From NCBI GenBank assembly GCA_951406725.2, contig OX597839.1, forward strand, positions 36,518,001 to 36,582,000: a stretch of DNA of 64,000 nt, given 5' to 3'. The notes beneath the pieces were generated by a model. That model did not search any database. It was not told the DNA's origin and saw only the letters and a program-made list of their open reading frames with translations. Source of the DNA: Octopus vulgaris (Eukaryota). The position numbers and the translations under genes were made by a program. Of the stretch, positions 1 to 12,833 are shown one piece after another. Positions within the stretch are counted from its first letter, which is position 1, and the number at the start of each line of letters is the position of its first letter.

Positions 1-360
1 CCGTGTGATAAGAAATTTGCTTCCCAACCACATGGTTCTGGTTTCAGTCCCACTGCCAGGTACCTCCGGCAATTGTTTTCTATTATAACTCCGGAACGAC
101 TGAAGCCTTGCATGTAGACTTGGCATATGGAAACTGAATGAAGCCTGTCGTATATGCGCATGTGTGTGTGTGCTGGGTCTGTCTCCCTACCGCTCGATAA
201 CCGGTATTGGTTTATTTACGTCATAGTAACTAGCAGTTCGGTAAAAAAAAAATGAGAACTGGGGTTGATTTGTTCAACTTCAACCATTGAAAGCGGTGCC
301 CTAGCATGGCCGCAGTTCAATGATTGAAACAAGAGAAATAAAAAGAATAAAGAAAATAGG
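1..360 (+). mobile_element. SINE-B, diverged copy
   Basis: Colinear with younger copies (e.g. 55224-55647): ccaaccacatggttc...gtcccactg, internal (TG)n, gcggtgccctagcatggccgcagt, A-rich tail. Confidence 0.8.
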
Positions 361-631
361 AAGAACACAATGTATCTAAGATGGACGTTAATGAAAAAAG
401 GTGATGGTACTATACTATGCGGTCGACCAAGTTGTCGACCAGTATAGCCAGGGTTATCTACCTTAAACGTTGAGTTAGTAAAGGAAACCAATTTTCCCAG
501 TATACGGACATTAACAGCAAATCAAAACTGCAAGGTGAGCTTGAGTGAGATTTTAGAACGAATATCTCTCTTTGTCCATGGATATACCCATGAACACAGC
601 AGTGGCTAACAGGAAAATCTAAAACTACAAT

Positions 632-843
632 TGAGAACCCCTTCCAAGGGAAAGGCAAAGGGGCCGATACGGCTTGGCACCTGTAACATCGCAACTCATT
701 TCTACAGCTGAGTGAACTGGAGCAACGTGAAATAAAGTGTCTTGCTCAAGAACAACAACACGCAGCTCGGTCCGGGATTCGAACTCACTACCTCACGATC
801 GTAATCTCGACGCTCTAACCACTGAACCATGCGCCTTCACAGT
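632..843 (-). mobile_element. SINE-D (tRNA-derived head) inserted in Merlin
   Basis: Minus strand A box tggttcagtgg, B box gagttcgaatcc, body ttgtgttcttgagcaagacactt-like; 8-bp TSD actacaat at 624-631 and 844-851. Confidence 0.85.
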
Positions 844-868
844 ACTACAATACTGACAGGTAAATAAA

Positions 869-1092
869 GGCGGCGAGCTGGCAGAAACGTTAGCACGCCG
901 GGCGAAATGCTTAGCGGTATTTCGTCCGCCGCTACGTTGTGAGTTCAAATTCCGCCGAGGTCGACTTTGCCTTTCATCCTTTCGGGGTCGATAAATTAAG
1001 TACCAGTTACGTACTGGGGTCGATGTAATCGACAATCTGTTTGTCCTTGTTTGTCCCCTCTGTGTTTAGCCCCTTGTGGGTAGTAAAGAAAT
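869..1092 (+). mobile_element. SINE-A, full length
   Basis: ggcggcgagctggcagaaacgttagc head, B box gagttcaaattcc, central gcctttcatcctttcggggtcgataaattaagtaccag; TSD aggtaaata at 858-866 and 1093-1101. Confidence 0.9.
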
Positions 1093-1539
1093 AGGTAAAT
1101 ATGTGCCACGAGGGAAGATGGTTGGAATACACGATAACCGCATTCTGATCGACGAAACAGGATTTTCTGGTTGACGAAAATACAACTGAGGAAGAATGCT
1201 GAATGGCGACAACGCTCCTCTCTTCGAAGACAGTGATGCAGAACAACGAAACACTGGGAACCATGGACTTAGAATTGATCGGCCGCGGGTTTTTGGTCTA
1301 ACCCTAACCCCTCTCCCCCATTCTCCCCGCATAATTTAAATTGAATTGAGGTATCGACATAAGGGAGATAACTTCATGCAAATGTAAATTACCTCCCTTG
1401 GATAAGTAACAACATTTTTTTTATATATAAAAAAATAGTAACAAATTCTAAGCACAAAACTCTATTCTAATGAGAAGAGACAAAGAGACGGCGGTGGATG
1501 GCAGAATCAATGAATAAAATACATTACAGTATATAAATA

Positions 1540-1670
1540 CAGGGTGTCCCCCAAAAATGTATACACATAGTGGTTCGGCAAAAGAGAACGATAGAATAAG
1601 TACTAGGCTTACAAAGAATAACAAATTTACAATCATTTAAGGTGTGTATACATTTTTTGGGGACACCCTG
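1540..1670. mobile_element. Tc1/mariner-type MITE
   Basis: ~27-bp TIRs cagggtgtcccccaaaaatgtatacac / gtgtatacattttttggggacaccctg with TA on both sides (1538-1539, 1671-1672). Confidence 0.85.
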
Positions 1671-1712
1671 TAGTTACGACAGCTTATATTCCGAGTTCAA
1701 TTCATGCAGGAG

Positions 1713-2106
1713 CTGGGCCGTCGCTAAGCCCCTGCATCCCCTGCGGTCGCAGGGATCCTACGCGGTTGAGGGGCCCTATGTGAAGATCAAAGTACATAGA
1801 TGAGTCATCTATATACTTTGGTGAAGATGTTGAACAAGAATTAAACTATGTTAACTCAAAATTTCAAGAAATAAAATGGTAACAGAGTGTACCTGTAAAA
1901 GTTCTTGTAAAAATATTGCATTGTTCCCCGGACGTCCCTACCTAAATATGTTCTTTAGGGTAACGTGAAATATTGAACTTCAGATAGAAATAAAGTAAGA
2001 TATAGCTACGAATAAAAGGTGCGTAGATTACGAATTGTGACTGAAGGGATGGGGCCTCGAAGCAAAAAGTTATAAGGGAGCCTCTAAAAGTCAAGCGATG
2101 CGCCTG
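1713..2106. mobile_element. hAT-like non-autonomous DNA transposon
   Basis: Imperfect TIRs ctgggccgtcgct / agcgatgcgcctg; 8-bp flanks tgcaggag and tgtagggg (6/8 match). Confidence 0.5.
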
Positions 2107-2361
2107 TGTAGGGGTAGGTGAAATACCAGTCACGTACTGTGTAGGATTTAATGTTGTAAAAATATTTGTTCTGATATTTTTTGACTAGATTTTGTCTAAA
2201 GATCCAACTCATAAAATTAACGTGTTTACCACGATACAACAATCTGCTGAGTTAACCAATTAACTAAGTCACACACACACACGCACACACACAATCGTCA
2301 TCGTTTTAACGTCCATCTATCCATGTTCGCATGGGTCGGGCGGAATTTATCGGGAAATTTT

Positions 2362-2776
2362 CTTATTTCTTTATTGCCCACAAGGGGCTAAACATAGAGG
2401 GGACAAACAAGGACAGACAAATGGATTAAGTCGATTACATCGACCCCAGTGCGTAGCTGGTACTTATTTTATCGATCCCGAAAGGATGAAAGGCAAAGTC
2501 GACCTCGGCAGAATTTGAACTCAGAACATAACGGCAGACGAAATACCTATTTCTTTACTACCCACAAGGGGCTAAACATAGAGGGGATAAACAAGGACAG
2601 AAGAAGGGATTAAGTCGATTACATTGACCCCAGTGCGTAACTGGTACTTATTTTATCGATCCCGAAAGGATGAAAGGCAAAGTCGACCTCAGCGGAATTT
2701 GAACTCAGAACGTAACGGTAGACGAAATACCGCTAAGCATTTCGCCCGGCGTGCTAACGTTTCTGCCAGCTCGCCG
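2362..2776 (-). mobile_element. SINE-A head-to-tail dimer, inserted in an element-C-related repeat (about 2296-2940)
   Basis: Full unit plus 5'-truncated unit joined at gacgaaatacc|tatttc near 2545; host tail catcgttttaacgtcc on one side and ggatgccctt on the other. Confidence 0.85.
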
Positions 2777-3374
2777 TTCTTGTCGGCAAATTTTTCTATG
2801 CCAGGATGCCCTTATGTCGCCAATCCTCACCGGTTTCCAAATGAAGTAAATTTGTCTCCATGGTCAGACACATTTAAGAAAGATTAGAAACGAAGGACAA
2901 CAGTGATACTCGGTCACAAATATTAAGCGATGACACAACTTGGAGACACGAACACGCGAGTCCGCGCTCGCACACATACACACATACGTACATACAGAAG
3001 GCTTCATTCCGTTTCCACCTGCCAACTTCTCGCAAAGCTTTGATTGCCACAGGGCGACACTTGCCCAAGATGTAAAGCAGAGGGACTGAACCCGAAACCA
3101 TATGGTTGAAAAGTAAACTTCTTAATCACACACAGTCTAAAATCCTTGCTAAGATTTTATAGGTATTGACTGAAGACGTGTGTGTGTGTGTGTGTGTGTG
3201 TGTATACACACAAATATAAGTACACAACAAAGCACCCAGAATTCAAACTAATTCTCCTCTCCCACCTCATGACACTACCCAGACACCCTGTCTCCACCGG
3301 GACACTTCAGATTAATTAAAAATCACACTTCTACCCATATATACACAGTATGATGTAAACAATGACTGCACAAA

Positions 3375-3453
3375 CACACGTGCGTGTGCGTGTATATATA
3401 CATATATATATATATATACATACATACATATATATACACACACACACAAACAC

Positions 3454-3502
<49 letters not shown>

Positions 3503-3535
3503 CATACATATATATATATACACACACATAAACAC

Positions 3536-3570
<35 letters not shown>

Positions 3571-3655
3571 CACAAACACGTGTGTGTATATATATACATA
3601 CGCATACACACACGTGTGTGTGTGTAGTCTTTGTTTTCACACACACACACACACA
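3375..3655. repeat. Compound (TA)/(CA)/(TG) microsatellite with a repeated higher-order unit
   Basis: Unit aaacacgtgtgtg-(ta)n-catacata recurs 3-4 times. Confidence 0.95.
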
Positions 3656-3939
3656 GGTAGGGGGGGAGAGAGAAATAGACAGCAGGGCGGAAAGAGGGAG
3701 CAGAGAAAAACAGTAAAGTCTCCCTAAATACAAAAGGTGACGACGACGACGACTTTGGCCGACATTTATTAGTCTTTGTTATTGTAACATGTCATTCTTC
3801 GAATTTGTATCACACAACTGGTGGTAGTACTACTGTCACTACCATCGCTGCTCCTGCACCACCATACCATTAACTCCACCACTGCCAATACAGCCACACA
3901 CACCGCCACCACCATCATCACACTATTTACACAACCGTA

Positions 3940-4317
3940 AAGACCTGTGGCTTAGTGGTTTGGGCTTTCGACTCACAACCATAAGGCCGTGAGTTCGATT
4001 CCCGGCCGAGCATTGTGTCCTTGAGAAAGACCATTTTTCATTGCTCAGGTCTACTCAGCTGGAAAATATGATTTGTACCTGTAATTCAAGGGGGGCCGAC
4101 CCCGTCACATTCTGTGAGACGCTAATCTCCCTAAGAACTACGTCAGTGGCTGTGTGGTAAGTAGCTTGCTAACCAACCACATGGTTCCGGGTTCAGTCCC
4201 ACTGCGTGGCATCTTGGGCAAGTGTATTCTGCTGTAGCCCAGGGCCGACCAATGCTTTGTGAGTTGTGAGTGGATTTGGTAGACGGAAACTGAAAGAAGC
4301 CTGTCGTATATATGTCG

Positions 4318-4353
<36 letters not shown>

Positions 4354-4680
4354 TGTATGCATATGTTTGTGTGTCTATGTTTGTCCCTCTAGCATTGCTT
4401 GACAACCGATGCTGGTGTGTTTACGTCCCCGTCACTTAGCGGTTCGGCAAAAGAGACCGATAGAATAAGTACTGGGCTTACAAAGAATAAGTCCCGGGGT
4501 CGAGTTGCTCGACTAAAAAAAAGGCGGTGCTCCAGCATGGCCGCAGTCAATAGACTGAAACAAGTAAAAGAGAAAAGAGTATATCTGTGGAGTGCTCAGC
4601 CACTTTGCACATTTATTTCAGGAGCAGGCTTTTCCATTGAACAGCTGAACTGGAACCCACGTCGTCATAACCGACGGAGA
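3940..4680 (+). mobile_element. SINE-D subfamily copy interrupted by SINE-B (4145-4580)
   Basis: A box tggcttagtgg, B box gagttcgattcc; resumes at tctgtggagtgctcagccac; colinear with the minus copy at 18376-18700. Confidence 0.8.
4145..4580 (+). mobile_element. SINE-B, young copy
   Basis: agtggctgtgtggtaagtagcttgc head, gggttcagtccc B-box-like motif, internal (TA)n, tail gtaaaagagaaaagag. Confidence 0.9.
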
Positions 4681-5086
4681 ACCACCACCAGCAATAATCA
4701 CCACTGCATAATTTCTACTACTCTCACTGCAACCCTATCGTCATTTTTACCATCCCTCCACCAGATCATCAGAGCGACATCAAGCGACATTATCACTACC
4801 AACATCAAACTATCACCAATATTCGTTCCACAAAGGTAATGCAATCAGTGAGTAAAACTATCACCGCAACATCACCACTACTACTACCACAGTACTAACG
4901 ATAACGTAGTGATGTCTGTGAAACAGCCAACTCCGATTTCAATATTTTATCTCACTGGTTGTTTTCAGTAAGTCTGCGGCCATGCTGGAGCACTGCCATT
5001 GGAGAGTTCGAGTCAAAACAAAACAACCCTGGTACTTTGTTCTAGTGTTCACTATTGCTGAACTGCGAAGTCACAGGGACGTAGCC

Positions 5087-5483
5087 TATTTCTTTACTAC
5101 CCACAAGGGGCTAAACACAGAGGGGACAAACAAGGACAGACATAGATATTAAGTCGATTACATCGAACCCCAGTGCGTAACTGGTACTTAATTTATCGAC
5201 CCCGAAAGGATGAAAGGTAAAGTCGACCTCGGTGGAACGGCAGCCGAAATACCTATTTCTTTATTACCCACAAGGGGCTAAACACAGAGAGGACAAACAA
5301 GGACAGACATAGATATTAAGACGATTACATCGACCCCGGTGTGTAACTGGTACTTAATTTATCGACCCCGAAAGGATGAAAGGTAAAGTCGACCTCGGCG
5401 GAATTTGAACTCAGAATGTAACGGCAGCCGAAATACCGCTAAGCATTTCGCCTGGCGTGCTAACGATTCTGCCAGCTTGCCGC
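5087..5483 (-). mobile_element. SINE-A dimer with a single 13-bp TSD, inside an old minus SINE-B (about 4960-5700)
   Basis: TSD cagggacgtagcc at 5074-5086 and 5484-5496. Confidence 0.9.
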
Positions 5484-6038
5484 CAGGGACGTAGCCAAAC
5501 CAGCACTGGGTTTTAAAACGGTAGAAACACACACACACACAGGGTTTCCACACAGTTTCTGACAAGCAAATTCATTCACAATGTATTGATTGCCTGGTGG
5601 GGCTATAGTAGAAGATACTTTCCCAAAGTGCTGTGCAGTGGGATTGAACCTGAAACGTGGTTGCAAGACAAGCTTCTTAACCACACAGTTATGCCTAACA
5701 AACATTAACCGCTTGTTCAGAAAACATTACACTATTTCTTGGTACATTTGTTCATATTTGGACTAAATACTATTTAAATGCTAAAGGGAATCCTTTGAAT
5801 CATACTATGTCCATATTCTCTCTTTCTCTCTCCATACACACACATGCATACACACACAAACGTATACTCACTCATACACACAGACATATATATTCATACA
5901 TACACAAATACATAATCACAAGCAGTGTTTCCGAAGGTGTCATATTGTTGATGTTCTTGTCAACTCTCAGCAACAAAACAGATTTAACAGAAAGAGCTGA
6001 CATTAAACTTGGTTGATATATGGAGCCAGGGACATGGA

Positions 6039-6108
<70 letters not shown>

Positions 6109-6181
6109 TGTATGTCACAACAAGAACAGATAAACTTGTAGGAAATGTCACATCTGGAATCTGATTAAATATCATCAAAAT

Positions 6182-6382
6182 ATGACTGAGTAACACATAT
6201 GGGTGAATACCACTTAGCTACGAGTGAGCACCACCTTAACTTTGAGTGCTACTTTAACCATGAGTGAACAGCAGCTAATTACAGGAGAGTGTCACCTGAC
6301 AATGAGGAAAGTACCACCTAACCATTGGTGAGTAGCACTTAACTATAAGAGAGTACCACCCAGCAATGGGAGAGCAATTCTG
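6182..6382. repeat. Degenerate ~21-bp minisatellite
   Basis: Recurrent gtgagtaccacctaactat-like unit, about 9 copies. Confidence 0.65.
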
Positions 6383-6494
6383 AGGAGCAGGTTTTTAGTC
6401 AATACCATCAAACGTAGGACTTGAAAGAATGAAAAACAAAGTGAACATTGGTGGACATCTTTAAACAATTCTGGCAGCTTAATAAATAATAAAG

Positions 6495-6707
6495 TCCAAA
6501 TGTTGGCACAAGGCCAGCAATTCCTGGGCATGGGGTAAGTTGATTACACCAACCGCTAATGTTCAACTGGTACTTATTTTATTGACCCCTAAAAGGATGA
6601 AAGGCAAAGCCGACCATGGTGGAATTTGAATTGAGAATATAAAGATGGACAAAATTTTGCTAAGCATTTTTTGTCCAGCATGCTAATGATTCTGCCAGCT
6701 TACCACC

Positions 6708-6708
<1 letters not shown>
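6495..6708 (-). mobile_element. SINE-A variant with alternative tail (also about 8725-8928 -, 18154-18350 +, 27848-28050 +, 47478-47665 +)
   Basis: Same head and central domain as SINE-A, but tail ...gctggccttgtgccaa. Confidence 0.75.
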
Positions 6709-6750
<42 letters not shown>

Positions 6751-6785
<35 letters not shown>

Positions 6786-6951
6786 GTTTAACGTCTGCTT
6801 TCCATGCTAGCATGGGTTGGTCGATCTGACTGAGGACTGGCGAACCAGATGGTTGCACCAGGCTCCAATCTGATCTGGCAGAGTTTCCATAGCTGGATGC
6901 CCTTCCTAATACCAACCACTCCGAGAGTATAGTGGGTGCTTTTACGCGCCA
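6751..6951 (-). mobile_element. Element C ((GAT)n-tailed retroposon), following an (AAT)n tract
   Basis: (CAT)n-cgtttaacgtc...catgctagcatgggttgg...ctggatgcccttcctaa...gtgctttt. Confidence 0.85.
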
Positions 6952-7255
6952 CCATAAATCTACAAGTTAGCAACGAGTAATGCCAAGACCCCAACTGAGC
7001 AAGTGCAGAATGGTTTCATGACTCTTCATACATCTTGGACAAGCCTGGATAAATTTATCCCAAACTGGTAATGTCACTAGGGAGCAGTAACAGTGTCGGG
7101 TCAGGCCAAGGATTTCTAAAAGTTCTTTGGAATTGGTAGTTCAGTTGACCTACACTGACAGGGAGATTTTCTTTGTAAGCATCATGGCTTAAGTAGTCAT
7201 AGATAAGGGAGTGGGGGCAATGGGTGTAGTTTTGGATGCTGTATAACTTGTATGT

Positions 7256-7510
7256 AGAGGCACGTGGCTTAGTGGTTAGAGTGTCAGCATCATGATTGTA
7301 AGATTGTGGTTTCGATTCCTGGACCGGGCGACGCGTTGTGTTCTTGAGCAAAACACTTCATTTCACGTTGCTCCAGTCCACTCAGCTGGCAAAAATGAGT
7401 AATGCTGCAATGGACTGACGTCCCGTCCAGCTGGGGAACACATACGCCATAGAACCATAGAAACCGGGCCCATGAGCCTGGCTAGGCTTTAAAAGGGCAC
7501 ATTTATTTAT
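7256..7510 (+). mobile_element. SINE-D (related copies about 8985-9230 +, 33885-34132 -)
   Basis: ggcacgtggcttagtggttagag head, ggtttcgattcc B box, ctccagtccactcagctggc body. Confidence 0.85.
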
Positions 7511-8187
7511 TATTATAACCTGAATAAGGGGTGAGATGAGGTGGTGGTGACAAACTTGGTGGTGGGCTATCCCAGGCAGTACACATTCAAACTACACCAT
7601 TGACTATGATATTCACCCATTACTGACCGTAGGGACAATGCTAGTAAATGATGATGATGATGATGATTTTTTTGTTGTTGTTGTTATTGTGTGTGTGTGT
7701 GGACAATATAATTTCTGATGACATAACAGGTTTTGGCAATGTTGTGACAAGCTGTAACTGTGCAGATATTTAAACGACATCATAATATATTAAATTGATG
7801 TCAAACAAACATTGACAGTGTCACCTAAGAGAAACCGAAGTTAAATAATAAAAGACAGGAGACGGGAGACGGAGGGGGGGGAGACAGGGAAAAAGAGGAA
7901 GACTAGGAGAGAGAGAGAGAGGGTAGGAAGAGAGAGAGAGAGAGAAAACTGAAAGAATGACATGAGGGGAAGATGAGAGAGAGAGAAAGAGAAAGAGAAA
8001 ATATAGAGTAGAAAAGAAAAAAGAGAAAAATGTGGAATTGTCAACATTTATTCCAAATAAACCAGGGTTTTTTTGGGGTTTTTTTTTTTGTTAATCAGAG
8101 AAACATTTTTATCAGTCATCTGTCCAGAAAACTGAACAGATTATTTTTGTAATGAGTAATGAGGGGGGGAGGGATTACTAGAGGAAA

Positions 8188-8236
<49 letters not shown>

Positions 8237-8246
8237 GACACACACA

Positions 8247-8282
<36 letters not shown>

Positions 8283-9338
8283 GCACACACATGCACCCAC
8301 CATCTGGTGATTGTCAGAGGAAAAATATGTTAAACAGTAAAATTACAGCCAATTTCAACATCAATGGGGATCGTTTAATAAACATCAATATGAGATCATC
8401 ACGCGGTAAATAAAGTGGTGATGGCGGTGGTGGTGGTGGTGGTGAGTGGTGGATGGGGGAGGTGTTGGAGAAGTAGCAGTAATGTTGTTGGTGGTGGTGG
8501 TGACGGTGGTGATGGCAGAATCACTGGTACTGTAATCATGGTGGTGGTGGTCATGGTGGGGATGTTGACAGATGTAGTAGTAGTATTACTAGTGGTGATG
8601 TAGATGTCAGTGTAGGTTCTAAATTCTGTTGTGGTTGAGGGGTAAGTATCAAATTAAGTACATTACACGTAGTTCCAAACATCTACATTCCTGGTTCAAA
8701 TTTCAGCGAAACACTAGTTATATACGGGTTCCAAATTTTGGCAAAAGACTAGAAATTTAGAGGGGATGGGTAAGTTGATTATATCATCCTCAGTGTTCAA
8801 CTGGTACTTAATTTATTGACCCTGAAAAAATGAAAGGCTAAGTCAACCTCGGCAGAATTTGAACTCAGAACGTAAAGATGGACAAGACATTTTGCCAGGC
8901 ATGCTAATGATTCTGCCAGCTCACTGCCTTTATACCAGTTATATATTGGGTAGGTACCAGTATTTTCAACTTTATAAAGCTGTAAGCATGGCCCAGTGGT
9001 TAGGGTGTTGCACCCATGATTGCAAGATTGTGGTTTCAATTCCTGGACCAGGCAGTGCGTTGTGTTATTGAGCAAAACACTTCATTGCAAGTTGCCCCAG
9101 TTCACTCAGCTGGCAATGAGTAACCCTGGGGTGGACTGGCACCCCATCCAGGGGTGAATGTTGTGATCTCAGTCATTTATGTGCTACGGGAAGTGGGTAA
9201 CTGACCCTATGGGTTCCAAGATTTGAGACTGTAATGTCCAGGGGCTGATGATGATACGTATTGGGCATCAATCCAATGGGGAAAAAGTCAATGGAAATAA
9301 ATGCAGTGGGATTGAACCTGGGACCATGTGGTTGGGAA

Positions 9339-9571
9339 GGCGGCGAGCTGGCAGAATCATTAGTGCACCGGGCGAAATGCTTAGCGGTATTTCATCTGCC
9401 GTTACGTTGTGAGTTCAAATTCCGCCGAGGTCGACTTTGCCTTTCATCCTTTCGGGGTCGATAAATAAAGTAACAGTTACGCACTGGGGTCGATATAATC
9501 AACTTAATCCGTTTGCCTGTCCTTGATTGTCCCCTCTATGTTTAGCCCCTTGTGGGTAGTAAAGAAACATG
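9339..9571 (+). mobile_element. SINE-A inserted in a minus SINE-B head
   Basis: TSD tgtggttgggaag at 9327-9339 and 9572-9584. Confidence 0.9.
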
Positions 9572-9723
9572 TGTGGTTGGGAAGCAAAATACTTACCACA
9601 CAGCCACTCCTGCACCTGACATGAAACCTTATTATTCACTTGAGCTTCAAAATTAGCTCAGTTTTAGTTGAATCTCTTTTTTACATCCTTAAGAAGCTGA
9701 GTGGGAAGCTGGAGTAACCAAGT

Positions 9724-9952
9724 TTAATCCTTTTGATACCAACCCGGCCAAAACCACCTCTGGCTCTGTAGTACAAATGTCTTGTTTTCATAAGTTTTGA
9801 ATTAAAATCTTCCACCAAACCTTAGTCACAATTTATGTTCCTAACACCAGCTTAATTATTGCTAAGTTATTTCACTAAATTCTTTGTTATATTTAAAGTA
9901 ATTGAAAGAAACACAGAGAATCTAAAAATAAATACGGTAACGAAAGGGTTAA
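9724..9952. mobile_element. piggyBac-type MITE-A
   Basis: TTAA at both ends; family TIR ccctttcgttac/gtaacgaaaggg; ~220 bp; at least nine copies in the window. Confidence 0.85.
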
Positions 9953-10082
9953 CATTAAGGAGAGCAAGGGTTAATAAACACACCAACCTACAACGGTGGA
10001 AGGTTGGAGACTGATAGGGTCCCAGCTGTAAAACCAGGGGCTCATTAAGACGCACCCAACCCATCCATGCCTGCATGGAAAA

Positions 10083-10400
10083 GTGTGGTAAGTAGCTTGT
10101 TTACCAACCACATGGTTCCGGGTTCAGTCCCACTGCGTGGCACCTTGGGCAAGTGTCTTCTGCTATAGCCTTGGGCCGACCAATGCCTTGTGAGTGGATT
10201 TGGTAGACGGAAACTTAAAGAAGCCCGTCGTGTATATGTATATATATATATATATATATGCAGCACGGATTTTTGTCAGTGAACAGGTCACGGATTTTAG
10301 CGACGAAAATATTTTGACAAATTAAACTTAAATGTTGAAGTGAATCGAACGGCTTTTGTGTGTTTCTTAAATGGCTTATAAACACCTTCCACGCTGCAAT

Positions 10401-10462
<62 letters not shown>

Positions 10463-10675
10463 TGTGTGTGTTTGTGTGTCTGTGTTTGTCCTCCTAGCAT
10501 AGCTTGACAACTGATGCTGGTATGTTTACGTCCCCGTTACTTAGCGGTTCGGCAAAAGAGACCGACAGAATAAGTACTGGGCTTACAAAAGAATAAGTCC
10601 CGGGGTTAAGTTGCTCGATTAAAGGCGGTGCTCCAGCATGGCCACAATCAAATGACTGAAAAAAAGTAAAAGAGT
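10083..10675 (+). mobile_element. SINE-B carrying a ~140-bp insertion (10260-10402) in its internal microsatellite
   Basis: Both halves colinear with other SINE-B copies. Confidence 0.9.
10272..10321 (+). ncRNA. Candidate minimal type I hammerhead ribozyme, G3-C8 core variant
   Basis: tttgtca GTGAACA g gtcac-ggatttta-gcgac GAAA atattt tgacaaa: 7-bp stem I, stem II 4/5 pairs, palindromic stem III region aaaatatttt. Confidence 0.55.
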
Positions 10676-11059
10676 ATATGACGAGGATAGAATAAGAGTA
10701 CTAATTGCATGAATATGGGAGAATTCTCTCCATAGAAAGACCCCAGTGTTTTATAACAGAGGAGTACTATTATGCTTCTTGTTGTTGTGAAAGGTTTCTA
10801 ATTACACACGTACCATGGCCAGCCTTTCATCTACCCCCGCCTCACTCCCCCTGCCCCATAATCTAGATTGTACAGTGTTTCATAATTGTAGTAGCAGCAG
10901 CAGCAGAAAAAGATGAAGTCTTCAGATCTTTGGAAACACTTGAACAATACACTCAAAGGAAACAGTATAATTGGCAATTAGAAGGACTTGTGGTAATGGT
11001 GATGGTGTCATTTACCTCCTTATTTGGAACAGAGAAAAAGAGAGAGAGACAGGCAGGCA

Positions 11060-11540
<481 letters not shown>

Positions 11541-12039
11541 AGGAAAACCAATAGAAATAAAGAGAAAGTGAGTGTGGGTACAGATAGAAAGTTGGAGGGT
11601 TATAGAAAGGGTGGAAAACATGGAAATAGAGGAGAGAGAATCAAGTAAGAAACAGTCCTAGTTCTTGCTCCTCTTCCTTCTCCTCCTATAGTTTGTCTAG
11701 TCCCCCCCCCCCGTATTGAAGTCTCTTAATCTCTGCCATAACAGCAAATACTATGGAAGTCTTTTGTTGCAAAGGAACACATGGAGAGGTCAGAGGTTAC
11801 AGGTCAGAAGTAAACTCACTGAAACTGGAAGTTCATAACATTTATTGTTAGGGGTACAGACAGAGACTGTCACCATTTTGCAGCCACCAGCTCAGCTGCC
11901 TGTCTATTTAGCCTACACATAATTCAAAGGCATAAACAGACACCAGACAGGTACCAAGTCAGTTTGTTTAACCTATTGAAGAGAAATGCAAATATGCATA
12001 AAGGAATATATATATATACATTAGGTCATCCCATGAATA

Positions 12040-12427
12040 CTCTTTTACTTGTTTCAGTCATTTGACTGCGGCCATGCTGGAGCACCGCCTTTACTCGAGC
12101 AACTCGACCCCGGGACTTATTCTTTTGTAAGCTCAGTACTTATTCTATCGATGTCTTTTTGCCGAACCGCTAAGTGACGGGGACATAAACACACCAGCAT
12201 CGGTTGTCAAGCAATGCTAGGGAGACAAACACAGACACACACACACATATATATATACATATATACGACAGGCTTCTTTCAGTTTCCGTCTACCAAATCC
12301 ACTCACAAGGCTTTGGTCGGCCCAGGGCTATAGCAGAAGACACTTGCTCAAGATGCCACGCAGTGGGACTGAACCTGGAGCCATGTGGTTGGTTAGTAAG
12401 CTACTTACCACACAGCCATTCCTGTGC
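12040..12427 (-). mobile_element. SINE-B, full length
   Basis: Reverse complement of the SINE-B consensus. Confidence 0.9.
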
Positions 12428-12833
12428 AGTTTTTTTAACTTTATTTTTCAAAATTAAGATAAAGTTCTTTATTAATCTAAAATATACTCTCCTTCATTTT
12501 CTACAATTCTCTTCCATCTATGTGGTAGACTTGCAAAGCCCCTCTTCCAAAATTCACTTGTCCGTGATGAAAAATACTACTCCATTATTGTTCCGACCTT
12601 GTCTACAGAATTCATATTTTTTCTGTCCAAATGATTTTGAAGACTGCAGAATGAATGATAATCAGATGGGACAATGTCCGCCAAATATGGTGGGTGGAGC
12701 CTTGTTTCCCATTTAAACTGCTCCAGCCTTTGGAATGTCATCCTTACTCTATGTGGTAAAGTATTTAGAAATAAATTAAGAGGAGGAGGTTAATGCTCCT
12801 TTCCTCCACCTCCCAGTCTAATTGATGCTTAGT

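Larger units (their letters stand above)
371..1392 (+). pseudogene. Decayed Merlin (IS1595/ISXO2-like DDE) transposase, split by two SINEs
   Basis: 1103-1300 translates VPRGKMVGIHDNRILIDETGFSG*RKYN*GRMLNG...RIDRPRVFGL, matching the Merlin motif IDE..F.GKRKYNRGR...WVFG; both stops are TGA at expected Arg (CGA) codons. Upstream frameshifted pieces read TGKSKTTI / TD..NMCHE. Outer boundaries approximate. Confidence 0.7.
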
